DNA of 64,000 nt, taken from NCBI GenBank assembly GCA_017404145.1, contig JAFRCW010000030.1, positions 1,051-65,050 of the forward strand, in the 5' to 3' direction. The position numbers were made by a program, and so were the translations under genes. Positions 9,216 through 18,152 of the stretch are shown piece after piece. Numbering within the stretch: the stretch's first letter is position 1; every line of letters begins with the position of its first letter. This DNA is from Ruminococcus sp. Lineage in GTDB: Bacteria; Bacillota; Clostridia; Oscillospirales; Acutalibacteraceae. The notes below the pieces were generated by a model. It ran no database searches. It worked only from the letters and a program-made list of their open reading frames with translations, and was not told the origin of the DNA.

Positions 9216-9784
9216 AAGATTTAGGAGCAAAAGCGTTTTCTTACGGATATGCCTCGCCGGTATTGATGGCGGCGACATATAACGATGACGGTACGGTCAA
9301 TGTAATGAATCTGCACGAGGTGGCGAGAACCAACGCGGGAGATCTGGCGTGCTGTATCGGTAAGCCGAAAAAGACGCACGAGAATATCGAAAAGAGGAAA
9401 GCGTTTACCCTTACCCTCGCAAATGAATCTTTAATGAAGGAGATCGACTATCTCGGTACCGTTTCCGGATATAGGGTTCCCGACAAGTTTGAAAGGACAG
9501 GCTTAAAGGCGGTAAAAAGCAAGCATGTTGACGCACCTATCATCGTCGGCAGCCCGGTGGTGATTGAATGTGAGCTGATCGAATTTGTCGAAACAGAAAA
9601 CTTCACGACAGTGCTCGCCAAAGTAGTCAACATGGCGGCAGATGAATCCGTGCTTGACGGAAACGGTAAGATCGATACAGGAAAGATCGGTATGATTTTC
9701 TACGAATCTTTCAGCAACAGCTATTACAAACTCGGCGAAAAAGTCGGTAAGGCATGGAGCGAAGGAAAGGTATTCATGGAATAA
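9212..9784 (+). CDS. Flavin reductase-like (FMN-binding split-barrel) protein
   Basis: Size and sequence style of flavin reductase family proteins (...VNVMNLHEVARTN...FTLTLANESLMKEIDYLG...). Assignment is by eye only. Confidence 0.6.
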   Translation: MKDLGAKAFSYGYASPVLMAATYNDDGTVNVMNLHEVARTNAGDLACCIGKPKKTHENIEKRKAFTLTLANESLMKEIDYLGTVSGYRVPDKFERTGLKAVKSKHVDAPIIVGSPVVIECELIEFVETENFTTVLAKVVNMAADESVLDGNGKIDTGKIGMIFYESFSNSYYKLGEKVGKAWSEGKVFME

Positions 9785-10002
9785 ACAAATACTGATTAAT
9801 CGCTGTAACGGATATGAACGTAACAGTTGAACTGAAACAGATAAAAACTGTTATCGTATATTATTCGGAGTATCACGGCAATATAATGAGCAGCGGAAAT
9901 ATCAACAGTCATGCTGTAATCCCGAAAACTCAAAAAGCAAATATCAATACATAAAAAGAGCAGGGCTTTTCGGAGTCCTGCTCTTGACTATTATACAGAT
10001 TA

Positions 10003-10785
10003 TTAACCGAATATGAATCCTGTCATTGACATCGAGCCGAGATTGCAGATGTTGTTGAACACCTCGACAGGTTCTCCCTCGGCGGCGCCCATGCAATACA
10101 GCAAAGGCAGATAGTGCTCTAAAGTTGGGACGGCATAACGGTTGTGTTCGAGCTTGTCGAAGTTGATAACGGTATCAATATCGCCCGACAGCACCGCGTC
10201 GACGATGGCGTTGTTAAAGCTCACGGTCATATCCGTACCGTCCTTCTTGCGCCAGTTGACCTCCATCAGATTATGCACCACGTTTCCGCTTCCGAAGATC
10301 AGATAACCCCGTTTTCTCAGAGAGGCGAGCTGTTCGCCTATTTCATAACATTCCTGCGGAGAAAGGTGTTGGTCGATCGAAAGCTGAACAACGGGGATGT
10401 CAGCATCCGGGAACATATGCACAAGCACCGTCCAAGTGCCGTGATCGATCCCCCAGCTGTCGTCAATTTTTACTTTGTCTCCGAGCAATTGTTGCACTTG
10501 CTCTGTCAATTCGGTGCAGCCTTTGACGGGGTATTTCACCTCGTACAGCTTTTGAGGAAATCCGTACATATCGTAGATTTGCTTTGGCTCCTGCGCGCTC
10601 TGCACAGCGGTATGATCGGTGTACCAGTGACCGGATATAGACAGTATCGCCTTCGGCTTGCCGTATTTTGCGATGAGATCCGAGCCGACCTTCGCCATTC
10701 CGCGTGTGACTTCATCCTCACGAATTGCGATCATCGGGTCGCCGTGTCCCGAAAAGATTACAGGCATTCTTTTCATTTTCATCAT
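10003..10785 (-). CDS. LigB-family extradiol dioxygenase (4,5-DOPA dioxygenase-like)
   Basis: MPVIFSGHGDPM..., ISGHWYT, GSGNVVHNL are motifs typical of YgiD/DODA-type class III dioxygenases. The true start may be the third ATG (10776). Confidence 0.75.
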   Translation of the reverse strand: MMKMKRMPVIFSGHGDPMIAIREDEVTRGMAKVGSDLIAKYGKPKAILSISGHWYTDHTAVQSAQEPKQIYDMYGFPQKLYEVKYPVKGCTELTEQVQQLLGDKVKIDDSWGIDHGTWTVLVHMFPDADIPVVQLSIDQHLSPQECYEIGEQLASLRKRGYLIFGSGNVVHNLMEVNWRKKDGTDMTVSFNNAIVDAVLSGDIDTVINFDKLEHNRYAVPTLEHYLPLLYCMGAAEGEPVEVFNNICNLGSMSMTGFIFG

Positions 10786-10895
10786 TCCTTACTTTAATTT
10801 CTTGACTTGCTTTTATTATACAAGTATAATGAACTCAGGTCAACTACGATTTTACGGTTGAGTTAGTATCTTTAGCTTGAGTATGGTGATAAAAA

Positions 10896-11264
10896 ATGAA
10901 AAAAGAGCGCTGTGAAAAAGAAAACAAATTCGGAATGTGTCCCTATGTTACCGCCCAGCAGTTATTGGCCGGCAAATGGGCGATCTTGATCTTGCAAAAG
11001 CTGTCACAGGGAACGAAGCGATACAACGAGCTGCAAAGGGAGATCGACATCACCCAGACAACGCTCGCCAATCAGCTAAAAACATTGGAGGCAGAAGGCT
11101 TGATACATCGAGAGGCGTATGCAGAGGTTCCCTTAAGAGTAGAGTATTCTCTGACTGAGATCGGCGAACAGTTCAAGCCCGTACTGAACAGTATCGAACA
11201 GTGGGGCAATCAGTATAAGTATATTGAGTATCTGAAACAAGAACACAGCAAACAAAGCGATTGA
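10896..11264 (+). CDS. HxlR-family transcriptional regulator
   Basis: CPYVTAQQLLAGKWAILILQKLSQGTKRYNELQREIDITQTTLANQLKTLEAEGLIHRE. Confidence 0.85.
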   Translation: MKKERCEKENKFGMCPYVTAQQLLAGKWAILILQKLSQGTKRYNELQREIDITQTTLANQLKTLEAEGLIHREAYAEVPLRVEYSLTEIGEQFKPVLNSIEQWGNQYKYIEYLKQEHSKQSD

Positions 11265-11319
11265 TTCGGAGCATCATATCGGAAAAGATTTGGAAAACTA
11301 ATAATCAAGGAGGCAACTT

Positions 11320-11832
11320 ATGTCCAAAAGATCCGAGTTGGAAAAACAGGGGTACAAAACCTATGAAAATGATGAGATCGAAGTGTTCTGGAATCCGACC
11401 GTTTGTCAGCACGCGGCTAAGTGCGTACAGGGCAACGGCGATGTATTCAATACTCAGCGCCGTCCGTGGATCGATGTATCAAAGGCTTCCGCTAAGGAGA
11501 TCGCCGCTGTGATCGATCAGTGTCCCTCCGGCGCGTTACAGTATGAGATCAAAAATCCTGTTGTCATCGAATTTCAGGAAAGCTGCTGCAGAAGCGCTGC
11601 ACTGAAAGACGGAAAAGTGATCGGCAAATGTGAATACAGACCGTCGGGTCCGTCCTGGATGATCACTCACACAATAGTCAATCCGGAATTCGGCGGTCAG
11701 GGTATCGCAAAAAGGCTGGTTGAAAAAATTATTGAAGAAGCCCGCGCCGGAAAGATCAGAATCATACCGTTCTGTCCCTATGCCAGAAAAATGATGGCAG
11801 GTAAAGAAGAGTACAAGGACGTACTTGAATAA
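11320..11832 (+). CDS. Fusion of a small Cys-containing Fe-S-like domain with a GNAT (YjdJ-type) acetyltransferase
   Basis: N-terminus EVFWNPTVCQHAAKCVQGNGDVF...IDQCPSGAL. C-terminus VNPEFGGQGIAKRLVEKIIEEARAGKIRIIPFCPYARK. Confidence 0.6.
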   Translation: MSKRSELEKQGYKTYENDEIEVFWNPTVCQHAAKCVQGNGDVFNTQRRPWIDVSKASAKEIAAVIDQCPSGALQYEIKNPVVIEFQESCCRSAALKDGKVIGKCEYRPSGPSWMITHTIVNPEFGGQGIAKRLVEKIIEEARAGKIRIIPFCPYARKMMAGKEEYKDVLE

Positions 11833-11859
11833 AAAAAGATCAAACTGAAGGAAAACGAA

Positions 11860-11997
11860 ATGGCAAACATATTTATTCTCAACGGCTCGCCGAGAAAAAA
11901 AGGCTCTATAGCCTCCCTTATCAAGGCATTTGTTGAAGGGGCTAAGGAATCCGGTAACGAAGTACGTGAAGCGTATATTCACGGTATGGATAATTAA
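11860..11997 (+). pseudogene. Flavodoxin-like NAD(P)H-dependent FMN reductase, 5' fragment only (45 aa)
   Basis: MANIFILNGSPRKKGSIASLIKAFVEGAKESGNEVREAYIHGMDN* is a typical N-terminus of ~180-aa proteins. The reading frame dies at 11995-11997, exactly where the iteron-bearing island starts. Confidence 0.55.
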
Positions 11998-12026
11998 TAT
12001 CTTCGAATTGAACACATGACAACACG

Positions 12027-12161
12027 TTTGCAAACCCCCTCTGAAATTTGCAAAACCTCCTCGGATTTTGCAAACCCCCTCTCGCAAAATGCAAACCCTG
12101 AATTTTGAAATGCAGTGCTCATTTTGAAAAATGCAAACCTCTGAACAGCGATTTGCAATAA
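12027..12161 (+). repeat. Iteron-like array: about seven TTTGCAAAC/AATGCAAAC-type repeats with ~20-21-bp period
   Basis: Copies start at 12027, 12047, 12067, 12088, (12108), 12130 and 12151, for example TTTGCAAACCCCCTCT, TTTGCAAAACCTCCTC and TTTGCAAACCCCCTCTC. Confidence 0.6.
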
Positions 12162-12296
12162 CACTATAATTAGCGTTAAGACACAGAGAAAAACGGCAGG
12201 ATTGATACAAATTCTTCTGGTAAACTTATGTTGAAAAATCGCTTGACTTACTTGTTTTCTGTGGTATTGTGTTGTGCTTGAAAGGGGCGCGATACC

Positions 12297-12560
12297 ATGA
12301 CCACATTAGAGAATTTCTACTTCGGGAACATCAGTCCGAGCGAGTATAAGCAGAGCAAGGATACCAGGAAAAAGCTCTCGGAGATGATAGAACTGCTTGA
12401 TGAGCTAAAAGGTCTTTTGATTGGTGAGCAGCAAAGAGAAATACTGGAGCAGGTAGATAACTGCCAGCTATCTTTGATTGCTCTGTCCGAACGCGACGCC
12501 TACATCGAGGGCTTTAAACTTGGCGTGAAGATGACAACAGAGATATATCATCATAATTAG
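12297..12560 (+). CDS. Small conserved hypothetical protein of clostridial mobile elements
   Basis: 87-aa ORF with plausible composition. No motif I can name. Confidence 0.4.
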   Translation: MTTLENFYFGNISPSEYKQSKDTRKKLSEMIELLDELKGLLIGEQQREILEQVDNCQLSLIALSERDAYIEGFKLGVKMTTEIYHHN

Positions 12561-13083
12561 CAACTGGGATGACGCGTTAGTCTCTCCGCTGTTTATACTT
12601 CTAAAACGCGCATTGGGATTCTCTTTCTTCTGCTGATATGACTCAAATTCATAATCGAACGAGAGAAGCACTTATGAGCGCGTTTTACGGTTTGCGGCAT
12701 ATTGGATATCACACTCAGGTGAAATCTAAACTCGCGCCACAGACGATTTGTGGGCATTTGTGACGGGTTTGTGGCAAAGGATCATAAAGAATAACCCTCA
12801 CGAAATGTTCTCGAATAACATCTTCTGTTCATAAAAATTTTACAGCATTTCATCGAACGTAATTTCTATAAATTATTGACTATCTGATTATACTGTGTTA
12901 TAATAACAACATCAAATTAAATGATTAGAGAATAAGTGATCGTTAGTTTTTGAGAAGTAGTCATCCCGCATCGGAGGTATTCCGAGAAGGAATAGTCCCC
13001 GGCGCGGGATATTTTCATCTGATTATATTCGTACATATATTCTGTAATCGAACTTTTTGAATGGCTTTAAGAAAGGAGATCCG

Positions 13084-13512
13084 ATGATAAATCATCTGAA
13101 AAAAGACATCGTTACGATCGCTGTGCGTCCCGGCTTTGTTATCATCCCGCGCGAGTTCTTTACACTCAAGCTGAGCGCGAATGAGTTCCGTATCTATATC
13201 GTTTTGCTGACATATGAGGATCGTAAAACGCATACCTGTTATCCGTCGTTATCTACGCTCGAGAAAGCAGCACGTGTCTCGAGAAAGACCGTAATGAAAT
13301 GCGTTCATTTGCTGGAGGAAAAGAGATTGATCAACATCAAGCACACAAAAATGTACGCGAAGGATGGCTCTGTTCTGAACGGCAATCTGGAGTATCATAT
13401 CAATCCGATCTCGTGGGCTGTGCGGTATCAGCACGAAAATATGCTTAAAGAGTCAGAACGAGAACAACGGCGTAATAAGAAGCGGAAACAGTTTGCGAAA
13501 CGCTCGGCTTAG
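13084..13512 (+). CDS. Winged-helix DNA-binding protein (replication-initiator/DnaD-like N-terminal type)
   Basis: FVIIPREFFTLKLSANEFRIYIVLLTYEDRKTHTCYPSLSTLEKAARVSRKTVMKCVHLLEEKRLI. ATG 13084 follows AAAGGAG. Confidence 0.45.
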   Translation: MINHLKKDIVTIAVRPGFVIIPREFFTLKLSANEFRIYIVLLTYEDRKTHTCYPSLSTLEKAARVSRKTVMKCVHLLEEKRLINIKHTKMYAKDGSVLNGNLEYHINPISWAVRYQHENMLKESEREQRRNKKRKQFAKRSA

Positions 13513-13698
13513 AGGGTTTTAGCCTCCATTGGGTGCTTTATATGGCGCGCTTATGGAGAAGCAGGTAAAAGCGGGCAGTCTCCGGATGGCTTGCCCGCGA
13601 AAGACATCGGACGGCAGAGCCGACCGTTCAGCCTTTCTTGAAAGATTTAAGGTGGGTTGCTCGGGATGTCTCTGCGTTTATGGTTTTGGAGGTGTATT

Positions 13699-14124
13699 AT
13701 GAGTCAGTATCAAAAGATTGCTATCAACTTTACAAAGGAAGAAAAAGAAAAGCTGGATGAGATCGTTGCTCGTGAACAAGGTGTCACCCGCTCTGATTTG
13801 GTGCGTCAGGCGGTGGACTATTACCTTGGTTATTATGTTCAGCGGGAAAGCATGAATTACATCTCGCCCATCATTAGCGAGACGATCAAGTCGATCCTTC
13901 ACCACTTCGAGGATAATATCTCGGAGCTCATCTTCAAGCTCGCTGTGGAGGTCAGCAAGAACAATATCATCACAGCCCATCAATTCAAATTTGACGATGA
14001 GTTGCTCAACTATTTCAATACTGTTTCCCGACAGCTTGTCGCAGAGCATAACGGCGTTATCGATCTCAAAACGGCGCAGGATTATCTGACAGAAAACTTT
14101 TTCAGACATAGCGGTGATGACTGA
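13699..14124 (+). CDS. Ribbon-helix-helix (CopG/MobC-like) relaxosome accessory protein
   Basis: KIAINFTKEEKEKLDEIVAREQGVTRSDLVRQAVDYYL. RBS GGAGGT. Stop overlaps the relaxase start. Confidence 0.55.
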   Translation: MSQYQKIAINFTKEEKEKLDEIVAREQGVTRSDLVRQAVDYYLGYYVQRESMNYISPIISETIKSILHHFEDNISELIFKLAVEVSKNNIITAHQFKFDDELLNYFNTVSRQLVAEHNGVIDLKTAQDYLTENFFRHSGDD

Positions 14125-15701
14125 TGGCAAAGATAATCGTCTCATGCCGCTTCAAAAAGAATCCGAAAGCGCTTGCAAATCTCGTCAGATATATCGGTAC
14201 GCGCGAAGGCGTTGAAAAGATGCCGGATACCGGCAGATATGAATTGGCTTCAAAAAGCCAGATGCAGTTGGTGCAGACGGTCGCTAAAAAGTTCCCTGCA
14301 AGTAAACGCTTCCTTGAATACGAGGATTACGATCGCTTACCTACAAAGGAAAACGCGGCTGAATATCTCAATGCTGTCGCAGAAAGATATGCCGACCGCG
14401 TCGATGAATTGAAAACACTTGTCAGATATATTTCGGAGCGTCCCGGTGTGGAGCGCATGGGTTCTCACGGATTGTTTTCTCAGTTTGATATGCCCATCGA
14501 CATCGATGAAGTTGCCGAGAGAGTTGCTAATCATGACGGTATTGTCTGGAATGAAGTCATCAGTCTTCGCAGAGAAGACGCCGAAAGATTACATTACAAT
14601 AGCGCAGCAGCATGGCGCGATTTAGTCCGGCGTAATATGAATGAAATCGCGCTCGCGCATCGTATCAAGGTGGATGACCTCAGATGGTACGGAGCCTTTC
14701 ATAATACGACGCACCACCCGCACATTCATCTGATCATCTATTCTGTCGGTCAGGAAGGATACCTTTCCGAAAAAGGAATCCATGATCTGCGCCGAGCCTT
14801 CGGACAGGATATCTTCCGCGGGGAACAGTACAAATTAGCGTCGATTGAAACAGGTTTCAGGAATGAAATACGCTCTAAAATGAACGAGTTGCTGGAGCAG
14901 GTTTACAGCAGAAAAAGCATCCCGAATCTCGATTATTATTTGCGATTACTGTCTGCTGTAAAAGAAAAAGTTCAATCAGCAAAAGGCAAAAAGCTGTATG
15001 GTTATCTGCCAAGAGAAACGAAAAAGTTCATCGACTTTTCTCTCCATGAGTTTGCCAAAGATGATTGTATCCGACAGCTGTATGAGCAATGGCTCCGCGC
15101 GAACCGTGAAAAGCTGAGTCTGTATTATGAGCCGAAGGACAACGATCCCAGTGTACCGATCGAAAAGAATCCCGAGTTCCGTTCACTGAAAAACATCATC
15201 ATAAAAACCGCGCTGAGCATGGACTTCTCCGTTGTGAATACAGTGAATCCCGTTCGGGTAGGCTTTCTTTTCTCTCTGCTGGCAAAGCAAATATCTGCGT
15301 CCGCACAAAGAAAGCTTGACACGCTGAGCAGCAGAATGCCCCTTGCTGACAGCAAGGAGCAGGAGAAGATCGCAGAGAAGAAACGTGCGCTCGGACAGAA
15401 GATCGGCGGCGGTTATGAAAAGGAAGAGGAAGAAACTTATGACAGCATGGCGGTCGATGCGATCCTCTCCGGACTCGATATGCTTCTGGATGAACTCGAG
15501 CGCAAAAGAGCTGAGGAAGAACAGCAGCTCCTTGCTCAAACGGATATCGATCAGGCGTTTGATGATTACCGTGACGATGAGGACAGCGGATTCGACGATG
15601 AACATAACGAAGAATATGATGAAGATCACAGCGGCGATAACGATGATTTCGATGAGGATTATGATGAAAATGAGGATGACGGTTTCGTCATATCCATGTA
15701 G
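14124..15701 (+). CDS. Relaxase/mobilisation nuclease-domain protein with a very acidic C-terminal tail
   Basis: Histidine triad FHNTTHHPHIHLIIYS typical of MobA/VirD2-type relaxases. The last ~60 aa are almost entirely D/E (DDYRDDEDSGFDDEHNEEYDEDHSGDNDDFDEDYDENEDD). Confidence 0.65.
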   Translation: MAKIIVSCRFKKNPKALANLVRYIGTREGVEKMPDTGRYELASKSQMQLVQTVAKKFPASKRFLEYEDYDRLPTKENAAEYLNAVAERYADRVDELKTLVRYISERPGVERMGSHGLFSQFDMPIDIDEVAERVANHDGIVWNEVISLRREDAERLHYNSAAAWRDLVRRNMNEIALAHRIKVDDLRWYGAFHNTTHHPHIHLIIYSVGQEGYLSEKGIHDLRRAFGQDIFRGEQYKLASIETGFRNEIRSKMNELLEQVYSRKSIPNLDYYLRLLSAVKEKVQSAKGKKLYGYLPRETKKFIDFSLHEFAKDDCIRQLYEQWLRANREKLSLYYEPKDNDPSVPIEKNPEFRSLKNIIIKTALSMDFSVVNTVNPVRVGFLFSLLAKQISASAQRKLDTLSSRMPLADSKEQEKIAEKKRALGQKIGGGYEKEEEETYDSMAVDAILSGLDMLLDELERKRAEEEQQLLAQTDIDQAFDDYRDDEDSGFDDEHNEEYDEDHSGDNDDFDEDYDENEDDGFVISM

Positions 15702-15872
15702 CGTTGTCCGGAATAAGTGGGTGTAAAAAAGCCGCCCCGAAGGACGGCAATAGGAATTCTTCAAACAGGTAAGGTATCGAAGGAGCACTTTCCATTGCAA
15801 AATTGATGTATTCCCCAAATCAAGAGCCGAAGAAAACAACCGAATAATGCCACTGTTGTGTGGGTGTGAGAT

Positions 15873-17042
15873 TCAAGGAAGATATGGTCGGATTACACAC
15901 GCTTGTCCTTGAACGTCATAGCGCATCGTGCAGTCGTCGTACTCGACCAGGCACGCGCAATGACCGCCCGGTACATATATACCGGTATAGAGGTTGTAGG
16001 TTATAAGGTGACGAGGACAGGGCTGATTCTCTTCGCCGCCGGGATACAGCAGCATGGAATCCAACCCGAGATCGCGCGCGGCTAAGGCAGTCATTACAGC
16101 TCCCTCGACACACTTCATCTGAGAGTATTTGTAGTTGGTTTTGATGTACACGGCGAACGCTTTCATCTTTTCTCTGTCGGTCATATCTCGCGTCCAGCAT
16201 TTGCTTTCTATTTCGCGGACGATCGCTTTTGTCTCGTCGGCATATCCGTAACCTACGCTGAGATCGACCGTAATCGAAGTGCGTTTCAGCAATACATCTC
16301 GATAGTAAAAGTCGACGAAAAAAGAACAGCTACCACCGCTGAGGCCGGTGATTGATACCTGATAGGGATAGACGCCGTTAGTGAAATGTGCGTTTACCCA
16401 GGCGATGTCAATACCCTGTTCATCACGGATCAGATAATCACAGCCGATCGCTTTTCCGTTCAGAGCAGCAAGATATGCTTCCTTATATCTCTCATCGCTG
16501 TAATCGATTCGACGAACATAATCATCGCTGACGACTTCGATATGTACATCGGCAGGATCGGGCAGAGCCTTGTTCCGTAACATGAACGAAGCGGTGTTCC
16601 CGGATAAATCATCAAGCACGACCGCGTCGGGGATCTTGGAAAAATTGAAGTCGATTCCGTCGATAGTAACGCTTTTTTCGTTGCGGATAACTGATTGGGT
16701 TTGAGTCGGCGCTTCAGTTGATAAGGTTGTAGCCTCAGTTGATGTGATGACCGGTTCTCCTATCGGATATTCCACACTGAAATGAACAAGCCACCGCTGA
16801 ATAGCTGTTGCGTCCATGATCGTAATGATACCGTCGTTATCCACATCAGCAGCTTGGCGAAAGCTATCTTCGATTTTAATTATCTGTGCAACATCGCGCT
16901 GGATCCTTGTAGCGTCGGTAATACAGACTTCACCATCTCCGTCAGCATCACCGAGCATCATAGATGAAGCACCTACCGGAAACGTAACAGCAAGCACCGT
17001 AAGCACAATAACTAAAACAAATATTAGTTTAACCGTTTTCAT
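15873..17042 (-). CDS. Secreted dockerin-containing protein
   Basis: Signal peptide MKTVKLIFVLVIVLTVLAVTFPVGA, then two dockerin Ca-binding repeats (GDADGDGEVCITDATRIQRDV, DVDNDGIITIMDATAIQRWL). The C-terminal domain is unassigned. Confidence 0.7.
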   Translation of the reverse strand: MKTVKLIFVLVIVLTVLAVTFPVGASSMMLGDADGDGEVCITDATRIQRDVAQIIKIEDSFRQAADVDNDGIITIMDATAIQRWLVHFSVEYPIGEPVITSTEATTLSTEAPTQTQSVIRNEKSVTIDGIDFNFSKIPDAVVLDDLSGNTASFMLRNKALPDPADVHIEVVSDDYVRRIDYSDERYKEAYLAALNGKAIGCDYLIRDEQGIDIAWVNAHFTNGVYPYQVSITGLSGGSCSFFVDFYYRDVLLKRTSITVDLSVGYGYADETKAIVREIESKCWTRDMTDREKMKAFAVYIKTNYKYSQMKCVEGAVMTALAARDLGLDSMLLYPGGEENQPCPRHLITYNLYTGIYVPGGHCACLVEYDDCTMRYDVQGQACVIRPYLP

Positions 17043-17416
17043 AGCAATACCTCCTTAACCGGTTTGATGTATTTTAGCTTAGGTTAAGGGGTATCGCAAG
17101 TAGAATTATCGGCAAGAAAACTGTGTATTATAGCGGAAATAATTACTACACATTATCAAAGAGTAGGCTTTTCGGAAAAGGCTATGAACAAGAAATGCTG
17201 AATATTTCTTGTAACCTTTTGAGGCGCCAAAATGCATTGACTTTATTTTTCCTTCGCGCTACACTTAGAATCGTGATAATCAAATCACAGTTCCCACTTG
17301 ATAACAAAAGCAATAAATTTGGAGGAAAAATGAAAAATATGATCAAAACCCCGATAAGGGTAAACCACATTAATAGATAAAGGAGGAATGACCGACACAG
17401 ATAGAAGCGCTGCCAT

Positions 17417-17635
17417 ATGGCAGCAAACCGTAAAATAGTAAACAAAGAAGACCTGATGGGATTACCGCCATCCCCCGAAACAAAAAGCGGAGTTCCGAAA
17501 TACGAGCTTGAAATCTTAGCCAGAAATTTCCTCCCGGATATCATAGCCTTCTATGAAAGCGAAGAAGGGCAGAGAAAATTCCAAGAATGGAAACAGGAGG
17601 AAGAACAGCTAAAGAAGGAAAGCAAAAATAAATAG
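17417..17635 (+). CDS. Hypothetical small protein
   Basis: 72-aa ORF followed by hairpin 17641-17677. No motif. Confidence 0.35.
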   Translation: MAANRKIVNKEDLMGLPPSPETKSGVPKYELEILARNFLPDIIAFYESEEGQRKFQEWKQEEEQLKKESKNK

Positions 17636-17751
17636 AAATAATAGGCAGGGAGCAAATCAAAAGCTCCCTGCCTATAACGCTATGTAAAGCTGTAAAAAGC
17701 AACAAACCCGAAACAATCACCTAAGATGACGATTTCGGATTTGTTATGCTT

Positions 17752-17827
17752 TGGTGGAGATAAGGGGAATCGAACCCCTGACCTCATGAATGCGAACCAT
17801 GCGCTCTACCATCTGAGCTATACCCCC
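17752..17827 (-). tRNA. tRNA-Ala: tRNA-Ala, anticodon CGC
   Basis: The reverse complement GGGGGTATAGCTCAGATGGTAGAGCGCATGGTTCGCATTCATGAGGTCAGGGGTTCGATTCCCCTTATCTCCACCA folds as a cloverleaf. Anticodon loop is TTCGCAT, the G3:U70 Ala identity pair is present, and CCA is encoded. Confidence 0.9.
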
Positions 17828-17874
17828 ACGTATAGATATTCAATTGTTTGGGGTGCGTAAGCTACCCAGTCGGG

Positions 17875-17898
17875 CTACCATCTGAGCTATACCCCCAC
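17875..17898 (-). repeat. 24-nt duplicate of the 5' part of tRNA-Ala
   Basis: CTACCATCTGAGCTATACCCCCAC at 17875-17898 is identical to 17806-17829. Confidence 0.7.
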
Positions 17899-18055
17899 AT
17901 CGCTATTGCATTATACACTAATTTTTTGGATTTGTAAAGAGGAAAAACAAAAGTTTCTTCAACGGTTTTTCTGTCTATAATATCAAAAACAAACTGCTTC
18001 TTTTGGTGAAAATGTCTATTTTTTCGAAAACATTCATCAAATTTTTATGAAAATA

Positions 18056-18085
18056 TTGACACAAAAACAAAAAATATACTATAAT
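18056..18085 (+). promoter_or_regulatory. Sigma-70-type promoter of the repeat-protein gene
   Basis: TTGACA (18056-18061), 18-nt spacer, TATAAT (18080-18085). Confidence 0.5.
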
Positions 18086-18152
18086 GTATCGTATAAAGTG
18101 GCGCAGTATCCTTTTTAGAGGAGTTTAGGTCACAGCGAAAGGAAGTATCAAA

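Noticed and set aside
12027-12161. Possible small CRISPR array
   Set aside because: The repeats are only ~10-17 nt with a ~20-bp period, so there are no spacer-sized unique segments. There are no cas genes anywhere in the window. Iterons are a better fit.
11536-12210. 224-aa minus-strand ORF spanning the GNAT gene end, the flavodoxin fragment and the iterons
   Set aside because: It is antisense to two recognisable genes, and its N-terminal part is just a translation of the TGCAAAC repeats. No RBS or motif is present.
15183-15839. 218-aa minus-strand ORF and 127-aa plus-strand ORF over the relaxase 3' end
   Set aside because: They are antisense or alternative-frame readings of the D/E-rich tail (poly I/F/V on the reverse strand). 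The relaxase frame is supported by the histidine motif and gene overlap with the RHH gene.
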